From positions 3,474-67,473 of the forward strand of contig QPMI01000701.1 in NCBI GenBank assembly GCA_004431415.1: DNA of 64,000 nucleotides, read 5' to 3'. The notes beneath the pieces are model-generated. The model did not search any database and was not told where the DNA came from. It saw nothing but the letters and a program-made list of their open reading frames with translations. The first letter of the stretch is position 1; each line of letters begins with the position of its first letter. The translations under genes and the position numbers were made by a program. Shown here one piece after another: positions 23,091 to 36,035 of the stretch. The DNA is from Cyanophora paradoxa CCMP329. Taxonomy: Eukaryota > Plantae > Glaucophyta.

Positions 23091-24531
23091 ATGCGCTGGG
23101 GCGTAGTGCTGGTCCTGGGCGCTGCAGCGGCCGGCCTGGCCGTGTACGCCGCCCGCCGGCCTGGCCGTGTACGCCGCCCGCAAGCCCGTAGCAAGCGCAG
23201 GGCGAAGAAGCAGCCACTTGCGCGCCCGATCGACCGCCTGGTGGCGCTGCAACCGCCGCCGCCGTCTAACATAGACGAGGACGCCGCATCACTCCCGGCG
23301 CCGACGCGTACGGCAGAAGAAAGAAGCGCCCTCACTCAACGGCCGACCGAAGAATTCGACAGCCCGACGAGCGAGGGCGAGGATGGATCCGCGTGGGGTT
23401 CCGACGACGAGCGCATGTACGGCACGCCACAGACCGGGCCGCCGAAGCCCACCGCCCTCGGCCTCCCGGCCGAGCTGTGGTGCGCATCCCCGACCGATCC
23501 CTCGCCCCTGCTGGAGCCGACTCCGGGCCCCCATTGTCCCGCAGGTTCAAGATTCTGGAGGGCCTGGACGCGAGGTCGGCGGTGCGGGTGCGGCTCGTGT
23601 CGAGGCAGCTGAGCGAGCTCTTCGCGCCGCCGGAGGGCTCGCTCTCCGGGCTGGCGCCCCGCGACTGGGCGGCGCTCTTCGGGGCGGTGGAGGCGGTGCC
23701 GGGGCCCGTGTGGGAGGCGAAGGCCGCCGACATGCTGAACGAGATCTACGAGAGCGACGAGAACGACGAGGGCCTCGGGCGCCTCGCCGTCGAGCTGCGC
23801 CAGGCGCCCAGCCGCCAGGCGCGCCCCCGCTTCCTAAACGCCTTCCTGGCGAGCGTGTACGGGCGCTGCAAGCCCTGGTGCGCCCGGCGAGGGCAGCGGC
23901 CGCGCTCCCCGCGGGGCGCCCTCGTGACGGGGGCCGGGGCGCGGGGCGGGCGGGCAGGTTCGCGTTCGCGTGCCTGCAGCACGTGGACCCCGGGCTGCCC
24001 TCGGAGGCGCGCTTCGGGGCCTGGCTCCTCGCCGTCTACCAGGAGCTCCTCGTCCGCCGCCAGCTCGACCTCCGCACCCCCCGCGTCGAGCTCGCCATCG
24101 ACGTCCGCCCCCGCGCCCCCCGCAAGCCGCCCCCCCACAGCCTGCCGCCCGCCCTCTGCCCCGCCCCTGACCGCGGGGCGGGGCGTGGCGGGGCAGCCGC
24201 GGCTCTGGTGGGGGGCGAGCTTCGTCAGCAAGGCGCGGCGGGGCCGGCTGGCGCTGACGGACCCGCTCTGGTGGGACTGGCCGGCCTGCCCCGAGGCCAT
24301 CGTGGAGCAGTCCGTGCGCGCCCTCGAGCTCTGCCGCGACGAGTACGCCGCTGCTTCCCCGCCCCTCCCGGTGCGCCCCCCCGCCCCGCCCCGAGCCCAA
24401 GGCGCCGGCCGACGCCGCGGCAGGTGTGGGTCGTCATCCGGAGCCGCTGCGAGGCGACGCCGCCGGAGGAGTTCGTGGCGCCCCTCGTGCGCGCCCTCAA
24501 GGCCCGCGCCTTCCCCGTCCTCGTCGAGTAG
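23091..24531 (+). CDS. F-box protein with N-terminal transmembrane anchor
   Basis: Hydrophobic anchor MRWGVVLVLGAAAAGLAVYA; F-box LGLPAELW|FKILEGLDARSAVRVRLVSRQL. Confidence 0.65.
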
Positions 24532-24611
24532 ACCGAGCCCTAGCCCCGCCCCGCCTCTCCCCGCGGTGTCCGCTCTCCTCTTCCTCTCCTCCGATTCGGT
24601 GCATGTGAGAT

Positions 24612-26116
24612 TTACACGGCGGCGCGGGCGCTGCCGGCGGTGGTGGGGCGGGAAGCGCGGTGCCCCGCGCTGCCGGCGCTGCCGACGCGGCCGGCGACGT
24701 ACTGGAGGTAGGGCTCGGCGCCCGGCGCCGGGCCCACCGCCCCCGCGCTCGAGATCGACGCCGCGCTCAGCGGCCGCACGATCGGCATCGTCACCTGAAC
24801 CGGCGGCAGCGTCGCGGCGGCCGCCCGCGGCGGCGTCGAGGCCCGCGGCGGGGAGGATGCCCGCGGGGGAGGGCGGCGGCGGCCGGGGCGGGTGCGGGTG
24901 CGGGTGCGGGGGCAGGTGCAGGTGCGGAGGGAGGGGCGGGAGGGCGGCGGGGGCGTGGCAGGGGCTGGGGTAAAGGGCGGGGGCAGGGGGAAGTGGTCGA
25001 AGGGGTCGAGGGAGGCGGAGGGGCGGAGGGCGGGGCGCGGGGGGCGAGAGGTCGGAGGAGGAGGGGCCGCGGGCGAAGCGCAGCTCCTGCGGGGCTGACG
25101 CGGAGCGCGCCAGCTCCTGCGCCTCCCGCGCCGGGCTCCCCGCGCTGGACGCCGCGCCCGAGCCCGGGCCGGGGGCCGGGGGCGGGGCCTCCCAGGTCTT
25201 GAGCGGGGTGAGCTTCCAGCCGGTCATCCCGGCGTGGGCGATGTAGGGGATCTCGCTGTCGGGGAACATCTCGCTCATCGGGGTCGCCAGGGCGGCCCCG
25301 CCCGGCGCGATGCCCCGCCGCCGCGGCTTGTTGCTCTTCACCGTCGGCAGCGCCTTCACGTGCATGTACCCGTGGATGATCCACACGTTCCGCTCCTCGT
25401 CCCGCGGCGTCAGGTTCCGGTTCGAGCGCGGGTCTGCCCACGCGCCCCGGCCCCGCTCAGCTCGGGGCGGCGCGCCGGGGGCGGGGGGAAGGGGCGGGGA
25501 CCGTCGATCCAGCCGCTGCGGAGGGTGCGGCCGTAGGCAGTGCTTCCGACGGAGAGGGGGCGGCCGTCGGGCCCGCGCGCCTGCCGCTCGTGCAGCGAGC
25601 CCTTCGACGTCGACGCCCGCGTCAGCTGCGCGGCCACGTCCACTGCGCCCCGCACGTGAGGCGGCGCCGGCCGAGGCGCCGCGGGCCCGGCGCGCGGGCG
25701 GGGCGGGGCGCACGGGGCATGCTGCTGCCGGCGAGCCGCTTGGGCACCTCGACGCTCGGGACGTGGCGCCGGCGCGAGAGGATGCCGAGATCCCCGTGCG
25801 TCACGCCGAAGTACTTCACCGCGTACGAGGGCTCCCGCTGCGGCGACTGCGCCCGCGCGGGGCTCGCCGCCTGCGTCCCGCCGAACTGACTCCGCGCGCC
25901 CGTCCTGCTGCTCTCGTCCAGCGTGCGCTCGTGCAGGCTGGAGGTGCTCGCCGCATGACCCGTCACGTCGAGGCCCTGCGCCTTGCCCGAGCCCCGCGAT
26001 GCGCCGCGGCCGCGTAAGGGCCCGGAAGCGGTCCCCCAGCTATCGTGCTTCTGCGGCGCTCGGCGATCAGACTCTGGAAACGGCATTCTCTGCTCTACTC
26101 GTGCGCGCTGTCCCAT
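24612..26116 (-). CDS. Hypothetical low-complexity protein, multi-exon
   Basis: Coding-like exons EPSYAVKYFGVTHGDLGILSRR, RNVWIIHGYMHVKALPTVK and SEMFPDSEIPYIAHAGMTGWKLTPLKTW, separated by typical introns; no family recognised. Confidence 0.5.
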
Positions 26117-26446
26117 AGCTCAGCTAACTTGATGTGCAGCGTAAAATAGAATAGGTTGCGAAGCCGGCGGTTGTTTGGTCAAGAGGCAGCAATGGGGCTC
26201 TCTGACAAGCATATGGAGGGCGAGAACTGGTCCTGGCGCGGCATAGATGGAGAGAGCGCCGCCGGGATGCGTGCCGCCCAAACGACCACCAAGCAGCTGC
26301 TGGGTCCGAAGCAGCTATCTGTCTAGAAGATGGAGGATGCGTACAGCCGTAATAGATGCTAGCTACGCCCCAGCAGCGCGCGGACCTTCATTTTGTTGTG
26401 AGACTGTACCCCGCAGGCGAGACTCAAAAGCTCAACACCAGCCAGG

Positions 26447-28280
26447 ATGGCCTCGTTCGTGAGCAGCACAGGTTCGTCACGTCGTAACAACACTTTGGGC
26501 GGTGTTGCACGCCCGTGCCAGAGTTGATTGGTTTGGCGCCAGGCTCGCTTCCGGCTTCTGCTAGCCGGCCGGTCGTTGCCTCGGCTTCTTGCACTCCGGC
26601 TGGACGCACGGCTGTCGGGCTGGCCAAGCGCTCCGCCTTCACTGGTTCCCGCGTACATGCCAGTGGCTCGGCCAGCTTTATCGCCCGCCCCGTTCGCTCG
26701 ACAGTCGCCTCTCCGGCCGTCCGTCGCTCTTTTGATGTGACGGAAAGCTCGCCGCTGGTCCTCGCCTCGGCCGGTGAGTCGAGTGCGCGCGCGCGTAACG
26801 CTGGGCCGCCGCGACTCAACGGTCCCCTCCCTGCGCCGGGCGGGCCGCCGCAGACGGAAAATCGATCGTCATCGCGGGCGGTGGCACTGGCGGGCACGTG
26901 CTGCCGGCGCTGGCCATGGCGGACGCGTTCAAGAAGGCGCTGGGCCCGTCGACGGAGATCCTCTTCGTGGGGACGGAGCGCGGCATCGAGAAGACGCTCG
27001 TGCCGAAGCGGAACTACGAGATCGAGCTCATCCCGGGCGCCCCGATCGTCACCGGCGGCTCCATCTTCACCCGCCTCGCCAAGCTCTTCGCCGGCCTCTT
27101 CGCCCTCGTGCCCGCCCCGCGTCCCGCCCGCCCTCCGCCGAGCCCAGCCGGGGCCGCGCAGATCGCGGGGGTGATCGCGGCGTACAAGCTGCTGAAGAAG
27201 CGGAAGCCGAACCTGGTGCTGGGCGTCGGGGGCTACGCCTCGGCGGCGGCGGTGATCGCGGCGAAGATCCTGGGCATCCGCACGGCCCTGCACGAGTCGA
27301 ACGCGGTGCCGGGCCTCACGAACAAGCTCCTCGGCTCCGCCGTCGACCGCGTCTACGTCGGCTTCGACGCCGCAAAGGGCGCCTTCCCCGCCGCCAAGAC
27401 CGTCGTCACGGGCAACCCCGTGCGGCCCGAGATCGCCGCCACGTGGGAGGTCCGGCGCAAGGCCATGGAGGAGCAGGGCGCCAAGGCGCGGCTCCCGGCG
27501 CACGTGCTGGTGGTGGGGGGCTCGCAGGGGAGCCAGTTCCTGAATGAGCGCGTCCCCGCCCTCGTCGAGAAGGTCAAGCTCGGCATCCGCTACCGCGCCG
27601 CCCGCCGCGGCCACCTCCTCCCCGTCCGCCCCGCCCCCCCGCCCCCGCCACCGCGCCCCGCCGACGGAGCGGGGCGGGCAGGACCCGATCGTGAAGGTGC
27701 TGCACCAGGCCGGCCGGCGCGAGGGCGAGGCCGCCGCCACCGCCGCCGCCTACGCCGCCATCCCCTCCGGGCCCGCCCCGCCCCCGCCCGCCGCTCCCTC
27801 GCGCCCCCCCCGCCGGGCTGAGGGGGCGGGGCAGGGTGGAGGCGGAGGTGCGGGAGTTCGTGGACGACATGGACGCGAAGTACACGTGGGCGGACGTCGT
27901 CGTCTCCCGCTCGGGCGCCTCGACCATCTCCGAGCTCGCCGCCGCCGGCGTCCCCTCCTTCCTCGTCCCCTACCCCGCCGCCGCCGGCGACCACCAGGCC
28001 CTCAACGCCGCCTGGCTCTCCGACAAGGGCGCCGCCTCCTGGATGCGCCAGGGCTCCTGGGACGACGACGAGGCCGCCGAGCGGTGCCCCCCCCGCCCCC
28101 GCGCCGCCCCGCCCCGCCCGGGCTGAGGTGCGGGGCGCGGGGCAGGCTGGTGGAGATGCTGTACGGGAGCGCGGGGACGCGGGAGAAGCTGGTGGCGGTG
28201 GCGGAGGCGGCGCACGCGGTGGCGCACGAGGACGGCGCCGCCGCCGTCGTCCGCGACGCCGCCGCCCTCCTCGCCCCTGA
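26447..28280 (+). CDS. murG: Plastid-targeted undecaprenyl-PP-MurNAc-pentapeptide GlcNAc transferase
   Basis: Transit peptide starting MASFV. IAGGGTGGHVLPALA, GTERGIE, GVGGYAS, HESNAVPGLTNKLL, TGNPVR, VGGSQGS, HQAG, FVDDMDAKYTWADVVVSRSGAST, DHQALNA. The stop is uncertain: TGA at 28278 is one base out of frame (probable homopolymer error); otherwise the frame runs to 28812. Confidence 0.95.
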
Positions 28281-28856
28281 GCCCGCCCCCGCGCCCCCTC
28301 CGACGTCCATCCCCGCCCCCCGCCGCGCGCCCCTGGACCTCGCGCCCGCGCTCTCCCCGGGGCGGTTGCTTTTTGCTCACACGCATAATTGTTTGGCCCG
28401 CTCTTTCGAATTCTTTTGCAAATTCATTTCCTTCAATTTTAGATTCTTTCCATGGAGCCTCGGAGGCCTGCAGCCTGCAGCTGCGGGTGCTGCCTGCATG
28501 CGCAGTGCCAGCAGCAGTGGGCCTGCATGCGCAGTGCCAGCAGCAGTGGGTGCCAGCAGCCGCAGTGCCTGCAGTACCGCGCGCATGAGAGCTAGATCGC
28601 ATGCGGCGCCGGGGGTGAATGCGAACTTTGCGAATTCGAAGCTCCGCAATTTCTTATCCATGGCCGGCCGGGGGTACAGACTCCTGGGGAAGGGAAGGGC
28701 GGCAGCGGCCCATCATCCAGGCTGCAGCAGCAGCCGGACACGGAGAACGACGCAGCTGCAGGGATCATCAGTCGACTGGGCCGCGTCACATTCGATATTG
28801 ACGCATTGTTAGCTAGGACGGCCCGGCGCGTCACATTCGGAAACGGCGTCGCCTGC

Positions 28857-31800
28857 ATGTTCCGAGACGTTTTTGACAGCTTGTACGCGTAATCGATCGA
28901 GCTGGTAGTCAGGCAGCAGCGTACGCGTCGCCGTGCATAAGAATTAGCGTCTCGGCCATGGTGATCTTCGGCGACCACGCTGAGGAGCAATATGGGCATT
29001 GCTTGCCCATGGAAGGGCACATCAAAACCTTCCTCAGTGCGTCCTACGGTCTCCGCCTTATCTTCGGTCAAGCTTGCGAACGAACCGGCCCTTTTAACGA
29101 CTCTTAGTCGCGCTCCCCGCTTCCTCGCGCCAACTGGTCCCCCGCTCTGTCCGTCTGATCGGTTTGTGCAGTCTGGTCGGATCTTGTCATCGCGATCAGC
29201 TACGCGTGGATCCCTGTGATGCTGGCCCTCTTCCTCCGCAAGCGCTGGATCGACTTGTGCGGGCCGCCCCCTCGCCGGCGCCGCGCCGTGCCGAGGCGGC
29301 TCGCGCAGCCACCTGCGGACGCGCAGCATCATCGCGCTCTTCGTGGCCTTCATCATGGCCTGCGGCTCCACGCACCTCGTCTCGGTCTTCATCGTGCGCG
29401 CCCCGCCGCCCCGCCCTGCTGCCAGGGGAAGAAGGGCGACGGGGGCGGGGCGGGGCGGCGGCGGCAGATGACGCACGGGCAGACGGCGGATATAATGCGG
29501 CTCTCGGCGGCGCTCAAGTTCATCACGGCCGTCGTGAGCGCGGCCACGGCGGCCTTGATGTTCTGGGTGCGCCTCGCTCTCCACCCGCCCTCCCGCCCCC
29601 GGCCGGCCCGTGACGCCCCCCGAGGTGATGCCGGCCGTGCTGCACATCCCAATCGAGCTCGAGCGCGAGAAGGTGCGAGCCGCGCCGCCCGCCTCGGGGG
29701 CCCGGCCTCCCGCCGCCTCGAGCGGGGGCGGCAGCTGCACCGGGCGGAGCTGGAGCGGGAGATCACGAGCCGGCGGGCGGCGGAGGGGGCGCTGCAGAAG
29801 CAGGTGAAGCACGCGGCGGTGCTGCGGCACATCACCGACGGCGTCCGCTCCTCCCTCGACGCCTCCCGCATCTTCGACGTCGCCGCCACCGAGGCCCGCC
29901 CCCTCTCCCGCCCCGCCCCCCCTCCCCGCCCCTGCTCTTGACCCGCCGGGCAGATCGGGCGGGCCTTCGGGGCGGACATGTGCGCCATCTGGGTCTGCGG
30001 CGGGGCGGCCGGGGTGGACCCCGAGGCGGGGGGGACCCCCGCCCCCACGCCGCCCTCGTCGGCCGCCGCCCTCGGGGCGGCCCCGGCGCGCGCTCCGGGG
30101 CCACCCCTCCGCTGCGTCGCCGTCTTCAACGGCACCGTCACCCGCCCCGGCACGCCCTCTGACGGCCCCAGCGCCGCCCGCCGCTCCTACACCGCCCGCC
30201 CTTCGTCCCCCGCCCCGCCTCCGTCCCCTCTCTCCTCTCCGCCGGGACCCCGGCCGGCGCCCGGAGCCTCAGCATCTCGGCGGCGGCGAACCGGCTGGCG
30301 GCGGGGCTGCGCGTGGAGGCGGCAGGCCCGCCCGGCGGCATCGGCCTCTCCGAGGGCGGCTTCCGGCGCGTGGGCGCCCTCCGCGGCTACGCGCCCCTGG
30401 CGAGCGGCGAGGAGGAGGCCGGGGCCGGCCCCGCGCCGCTGAACGCGGGGGCGGCGGGGGAGGTGGAGGGGGCGGGGGGTCGACGCGGAGCGGGTCGGGG
30501 TGGGTGGAGGAGAGGGAGGGTGCGGGGGAGGCGGCGGGCCCGCGGCTGCTGCTGCCGGGGGCCCGCGTCGAGGAGTTCCCCTCATCCGCCGCGCCCTCGC
30601 CTCGGACGCCATCCTCCAGGCCCGCCCCCCGCGCCCCCCGCCCCGCCCCGCCCCGCCCACCCCCCGCCCCCGCCCCGCAGGTGCCCGACGTGCGGCAGGA
30701 CCCCGACCACGCCTGCTACGCCTTCTTCGAGGTCCCCGCCCCCGCGCCTCCCTGCCCCCCGGCCCCCCTGGAGCGGGCGGGGCGTGGCGCAGGAGATGCG
30801 GGCGGGGAGCGCGTTCGTGGTGCGGACGAGCTTCGCGGGGGAGGCGAACGGGGTGATCTTCCTGGCGCGCCGCGGGCCCTCGCCGCGCCTCGCCGGCGAC
30901 GAGGCCGAGCTCCTCGCCGCCGTCGCCAAGCAGGTCGGCATCGCCTCGAGCAGGGTGCGCCCCCGCCCCGCCGCCCCCCGCGCCGCCGGCCTCGGCGCGC
31001 CGCCGGGGCCGACGGGGGCGGGGCGCAGCGCGGATGCTGGCGAAGGAGCGGCGGGTGAACGCGGCGCTGGAGCGCGCCCGGGCCGCCGCCGAGGAGGTGC
31101 CGCCCCCCGCCCCCGCCCCTCACTCACTTTCATTGAGATCCTTCAACTCTATGCTCAATTTCTGCAGACAAACAGCGCCAAGTCCCGCTTCATCGGTCCG
31201 CCTGCCCCCCGCCCCGCCGCCCCGGCCCCCTCCCTCCCACCCCGCCGCCCCTCACGCGAGCCGGCGCCCCCGCGGGGAAAAAAAAGCTTCAATGTCGCAC
31301 GAGATCAGGACGCCGCTGAACGCGGTGATCGGGTTCACGTCGGTGCTGCTGCAGTACGGCGAGTCCGGCAGCGCCGCCTACCGCCTCAGCCCCGAGCAGG
31401 CCGACATGCTCGAGACGTCCGCCCCGCCCCGCCCCGCCCTGCCCCGCCCCACGCGCCAGGCCCGCAGGGGGCTGAGTGGGCGGGCGGCAGGATCCGGAGC
31501 TCGGGGGAGACGCTCCTGACGGTCATCAACGGTGCGCACGCCGGCCCCGCCCCTGCTCTCCTCGCTAACTGCGACCGCAGACATCCTGGTCCGCACGCCG
31601 GCGGGGGGGCGGGGCCGGGGCCCTCGTCCCCGCGGGCGTGCTCAGGAGGGGCCTGGGCGGGGCGCAGGACTTCTCGAAGCTGGAGGCGCGGCGGGTGGAG
31701 TTCGAGGAGCGCGCCTTCTCCCTCCCCACCATCATCGAGGAGTGCCTCGAGATCATCGTGCGCACAGCCGCCCGCCCCCTGCGCGATGGCGCCCGCGTAG

Positions 31801-34329
31801 CCTCGCCGCTGCGTTGGGCGGCGGGGCGGGGGCCTCACGGGCGGGGGCCTGGGCAGGCGACGGAGGCGGGGCGGAAGGGCCTCTCGCTGGCGTGGGCGGT
31901 GGAGGAGGAGGTGCCGGCGCTGGTGGTCGGCGACCCCACCCGCCTCAAGCAGATCCTCCTCGTGCGCCCCCGCACCCCCCGGCCCCGCCCCCGCACCCCG
32001 CCCCCGAACTCGCCCCGCCGCGGGCGCAGAACTTGTTGTCGAATGCGGCGAAATTCACGGCCAAGGGGGGGATCACGCTCCGGTGCGAGCTGGCGCCCGA
32101 GCCCCAAGGAGGCGGGGGCGGAGAGGAGCCCGAGGGGCCCCACGTGGCGACGCCCCCGCCCCTGCTCGGCGCGCCCCTCGGCCCCGACGACCTCCAGCTG
32201 CTCTTCGTGCGCCCCGCCGCCCCGCCCCGCCCCGCCCCTCCGAGCCAGCGGGGCAGCACGTCACGGACTCGGGGATCGGGGTTTCGCCGGAGGGGATGGA
32301 GCGCCTCTTCATCCCCTTCTCCCAGGTCGACGCCTCCATCACCCGGTGCCCCCGCCCCGAGGCCGCCCCCGCTGCCGGCCCCCCCCTCCCCCTCCTCCAG
32401 CCTGACGGGCGCGCGGCGGGCAGGCAATTCGGGGGCACGGGCCTGGGCCTAGCGATCAGCCGGAAGCTGTGCGAGGGGATGCGGGGCCGCATCTGGGCGA
32501 CGAGCCGGGCCGGGGAGGGCACGACCTTCTCCTTCTACATCGTCGTGCAGCGCGCCCCGGCGCCCTTGTCCCGCCCGCACCCCTCCTCCCGCCGCGCCTC
32601 CCTCGCCCCCGTGGCGCCGGCGGGGACGAGCCCGAGCTCGAGCCGGGCCCCCTCGGGCGAGCTCTCCGGCGCCTCCAGCCGGGGCACGAGCGAGGGCGGC
32701 GAGGGGGACGAGGAGGCGGCGCGCGGGCGGCGGGTGGCGGTGGCGAGCGCGTGCGCGGTGGAGCGGCGCTTCTTCGAGGTGGAGCTGGGGCGGGCGGGGG
32801 CGGCGTGCTTCGCGGCGGCGAGCCTCGAGGAGGCGCTCGCGGCCGCCGCGGGGCCCGTCGACCTCGTCGTCCTCGACTCCCCGGGGCCCCCGAGGCCGCC
32901 GCCCTCGCCCAGCTCCCCGTCGCCCCCCCGCCCTCATCCTGCAGCCCCCCGGCCTCCCCCGCCCCTCCAAGTCGGCCGCCGGCCCCGCCGCCCTCTCCCG
33001 CCCGCTGCGGCGGGCGGCCCTCTTCCGGGCCATCAAGCGGGCGCTGCTGGCGCCGGAGCCCGGGGCGGGGATGCCGCGGAGCCAGCGCTCGCACTCGGCC
33101 CCCAACGCCCTCGACCCCGCCCTCGCCCTCGCCCGCCCCGGCCCCGGCTCCCTCGAGCACTCCCCGCCCCCTCCCGCCCCCTCCCGCGGCAGCTTCGACC
33201 GCGAGGAGGCCGCCCGCGTGGGGCAGGGCGGGCGGGGAGCCCCTTGGCGGGGGCGGGCGCCTCCGCGGGCCCCTCCTCCCCGCCATCGTCGCCCTCCCGA
33301 CGTCGGCGACGCCGCCGCTGCGGCCGTCCCCCGCCCCGCCCCGCTGCCCCTCCACGACCACTTGCGCCCCCAGCCCGTCCTGCCCGCCCCGCCCCCGCCT
33401 CCCGCGGCGGCGGCGCCGGTCCTGGAGCTGGAGCCTGCGGAGGGGGGGGAGGAGGGAGAGGAGGAGGGGGCGGGGCCGCCGCCGCGCATCCTGGTGGCGG
33501 AGGACAACCTGGTGAACCAGAAGGTGGTGAGCCGCCTCCTCGCGGTCGTGCACGGCCTCCAGACCCTCCCCGGCCTCGTCTGCGTCCCCAACGGTGCGCC
33601 CGCCAGCGAGTGAGGGCCCCGCTCGGGGGGCCCCGCCGGGCGCGCCCCCGCGTGCGGCTCGGTGAGTGGGGTCGGGGCGGGGCCAGGGCTGGAGGCGGTG
33701 CGGGCGGTGAGCGGGGCGGGGCGGGGCGCTTCGACGTAGTCTTCATGGACCTCTCCATGCCGGTCATGTCCGTGCCCGCCGCCCCCCAGCTCGCCCGGGC
33801 CCGCCCCTCTCACCCCCGCCTCCCCCCCCCCCCCCCCCCCCCTTCCCCCCCGCAGGGACGGCCTCGCCGCCTCTGCCCGCATCCGCGCCGAGGTGCCCCC
33901 AGACCAGCAGCCGCACATCATCGCCCTCACGTGCCCCCGCCCCCGCCCTCCCCCCCGCCCCCGCCCGCCTGCCGGCCGGCGCTGAGGCTTGCGCTGGGCA
34001 GGGCGAACGTGAGCGAGGAGGACCGGCGGGCGTGCCTGGCGGCGGGCATGGACGGCTTCCTGCGCAAGCCCCTCCGCCTCGAGGAGCTCCGCGCCGCCCT
34101 CGACGCCTTCCACGCCGCCCGCCGCCCCGCACCCGGCCCACCGCCGCCCGCGCCTTCGCCCCCGCCCGCCCCCGCCGCCCCTGACCCCCTGCCCCGCCGC
34201 CTCCCGTCGGCTACCTCCTCTCCGGGGGCTTCCCAGCCCCTCTGTCCTCCACGCTCCACGCTCACTGCTCTCCCCAGCTTTTCATTTGTTATCCTCACGT
34301 TGTGTCCATCAGCTTCTTATCTATACTAG
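28857..34329 (+). CDS. Ethylene-receptor-like hybrid sensor histidine kinase (ethylene-binding TM domain, GAF, HisKA, HATPase, receiver)
   Basis: TM1 WSDLVIAISYAWIP, TM2 LFVAFIMACGSTHL, TM3 LKFITAVVSAATA. GAF VRSSLDASRIFDVAATE. H-box MSHEIRTPLNAVIG; GDPTRLKQILL|NLLSNAAKFT; DSGIG; FGGTGLGLAIS. Receiver ILVAEDNLVNQKV, FMDLSMPVM|DG, GMDGFLRKP. Confidence 0.9.
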
Positions 34330-34650
34330 ATTATATGCATATATACAGCTATTCAAGTACAGAGTTTTTATCAGGTGAACAGCTAGCCATAGTAGCACAG
34401 TACGTACACGAATTGTTTTCAAAGCGCTCGATCGCGGGTGCGCATACTAGTACTTTTGCACATTCAGCGCTACTTGTCTATGCTTGCAATTGTACATGTG
34501 TCTGCAGCTGGCCTATATAGCGATATCGTTGAGCACGCATGCGGCATATGCATATATATGGCTCCCAGTACTAGTGTGCGCGCTGCTGCGCATCTGAGGC
34601 CCTGAGGCTTGAAGCCTCAAGGCTTGAGCCGATAAAGCCAAACCAAACCA

Positions 34651-35946
34651 ATGGCGGTGGCGCTGCGGGACGGCGAGCGGGCGCTCGACCTCTGGCCCGA
34701 CGGGCCGCCCGTATCGCCCAAGGAATTCCTTCTCCAGCTGCCGCCCGGTCCGCCGCGCCGCTCGCCGCGATGCGGCCGAGCTGAGCCTCGCGGCCTGCAG
34801 GCCCGTACACGGTGATGCGCACCGCCCGATCGCGCCAGGCCATCTCCAGCTTCGAGTTCCACGTCGCTCGGCTCGGTGCGGTGCAGGCAGCGGGCGCTCG
34901 GCGCCGCGGGCTCAAGTTGGAGGCTAACGCGGCCGCCAACGTGGCCTCTCGCGCGCGCGCCAGCGCACTCGGCCGTTCTGCTCGAACTGCTTCCGGGAGC
35001 GCGGGCAGAGGACGAGGCGCGTGTGGGGCGGGCGCTCGAGGGCCGCCTGCGCGCGCACGCGGCGGCGGCGGTGGAGGCCTTTGAGTGGCAGCACGCGCCG
35101 CCCGACGGCGAGGAGTGCATGCTCACCGTCCTGCTCGAGCGCCTTCCACAAGCTGGCGCCAGCGTCGCACCCGCGAGTCCGGAGGAGCAAGTGCGCCGCC
35201 CGCGCCTGCGTCCACGCGGCCCCCCGCTGAGCGCGGTCGGTGCGCCGGGCAGGCTGCGCGGCTGCGGCTGTGGACGCACGCGGCGGCGCTGCACTGCCTC
35301 CCGCCGGAGCGGCCCGTGGTTGTCGAGGTCTTCGGTCCCCCGCGGCGCCTCCCCACCGCCAAGGACTCGCGCTGGATCCGGTCCGACCCCCGCCCCCGCC
35401 CCTGTGGCGCGGGCGCTGAGGGGCGGGGCGGGGGCGGGGGCCAGGGAGCGGGCGGGGCTGGAGGCGAGGCGGGGCGCGGGGGCGGTGGAGGTCGTGCTGA
35501 CGGACGGGGCGGGGGCGCTGCTCGAGGGCCTCGTCTCGAACCTCGTCGTCGTCCGCCGCGACGGCGCCCTCCAGGCCGCCTCCCGCGGCGTCCTCCCGGC
35601 CACGTCGCCGCCGCCGCCCTCCGCGCCGCCGCCGCCGCCCCGCCGCCCCGCCCCTCGACCCCACGCCCCGCGCCTCGCCGAGCGCGCGCAGTGGGCCGAG
35701 GCCTTCCTGTGCAGTGCGCCCGCCCGCCCGCCCGCCCGCCCGTGCGCCCGACGGCGGCACGCGGCGAGCGGGGCGGCAGGCACGGCGCGGGAGGCGGTGC
35801 CGGTGGGGGAGATGCGGGTGCGGGAGGGCCCCGGGGCGGGGGAGAGCGTGCGGCTCGAGGCCCCGGGGCCCGTCACGCGCCGCGTCCAGGCCCTCCTCCG
35901 CGACGCCCTCCGCCGTGACGCCGCGCCCTTCCGCCAGCCCCCCTGA
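34651..35946 (+). CDS. PLP-dependent class IV aminotransferase-like protein (D-amino-acid aminotransferase/ADC-lyase fold)
   Basis: GPYTVMRT..FEFHVARL, RRLPTAKDSRWI|RER, EVVLTDGAGALLEGLVSNL, GVLP, WAEAFLCS. Confidence 0.75.
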
Positions 35947-36035
35947 GCGCAATCCCCACGTGCATTTGCCCACGTGCATTCACTGTGTACAGCCAAAGCG
36001 CAAGCCCGGGGGCGAGCGGGGGCGCGGGCGCGGGG

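Noticed and set aside
23130-23180. 25-bp tandem duplication in the F-box gene N-terminus
   Set aside because: The frame is open as assembled; it could be a slippage or assembly artefact, and no function can be inferred.
11048-28280. Bacterial contig or contamination suggested by murC, murG and a histidine kinase
   Set aside because: The genes have many spliceosomal introns and transit peptides, and are interleaved with F-box, SMYD and chromodomain genes.
28491-28550. 29-bp tandem duplication (gcctgcatgcgcagtgccagcagcagtgg) downstream of murG
   Set aside because: Only two copies within low-complexity spacer DNA; ordinary slippage.
34651-35946. Class IV aminotransferase as a D-amino-acid supplier forming a peptidoglycan cluster with murG/murC
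   Set aside because: It has no transit peptide and resembles a widespread eukaryotic subfamily of unknown substrate; the link is unsupported.
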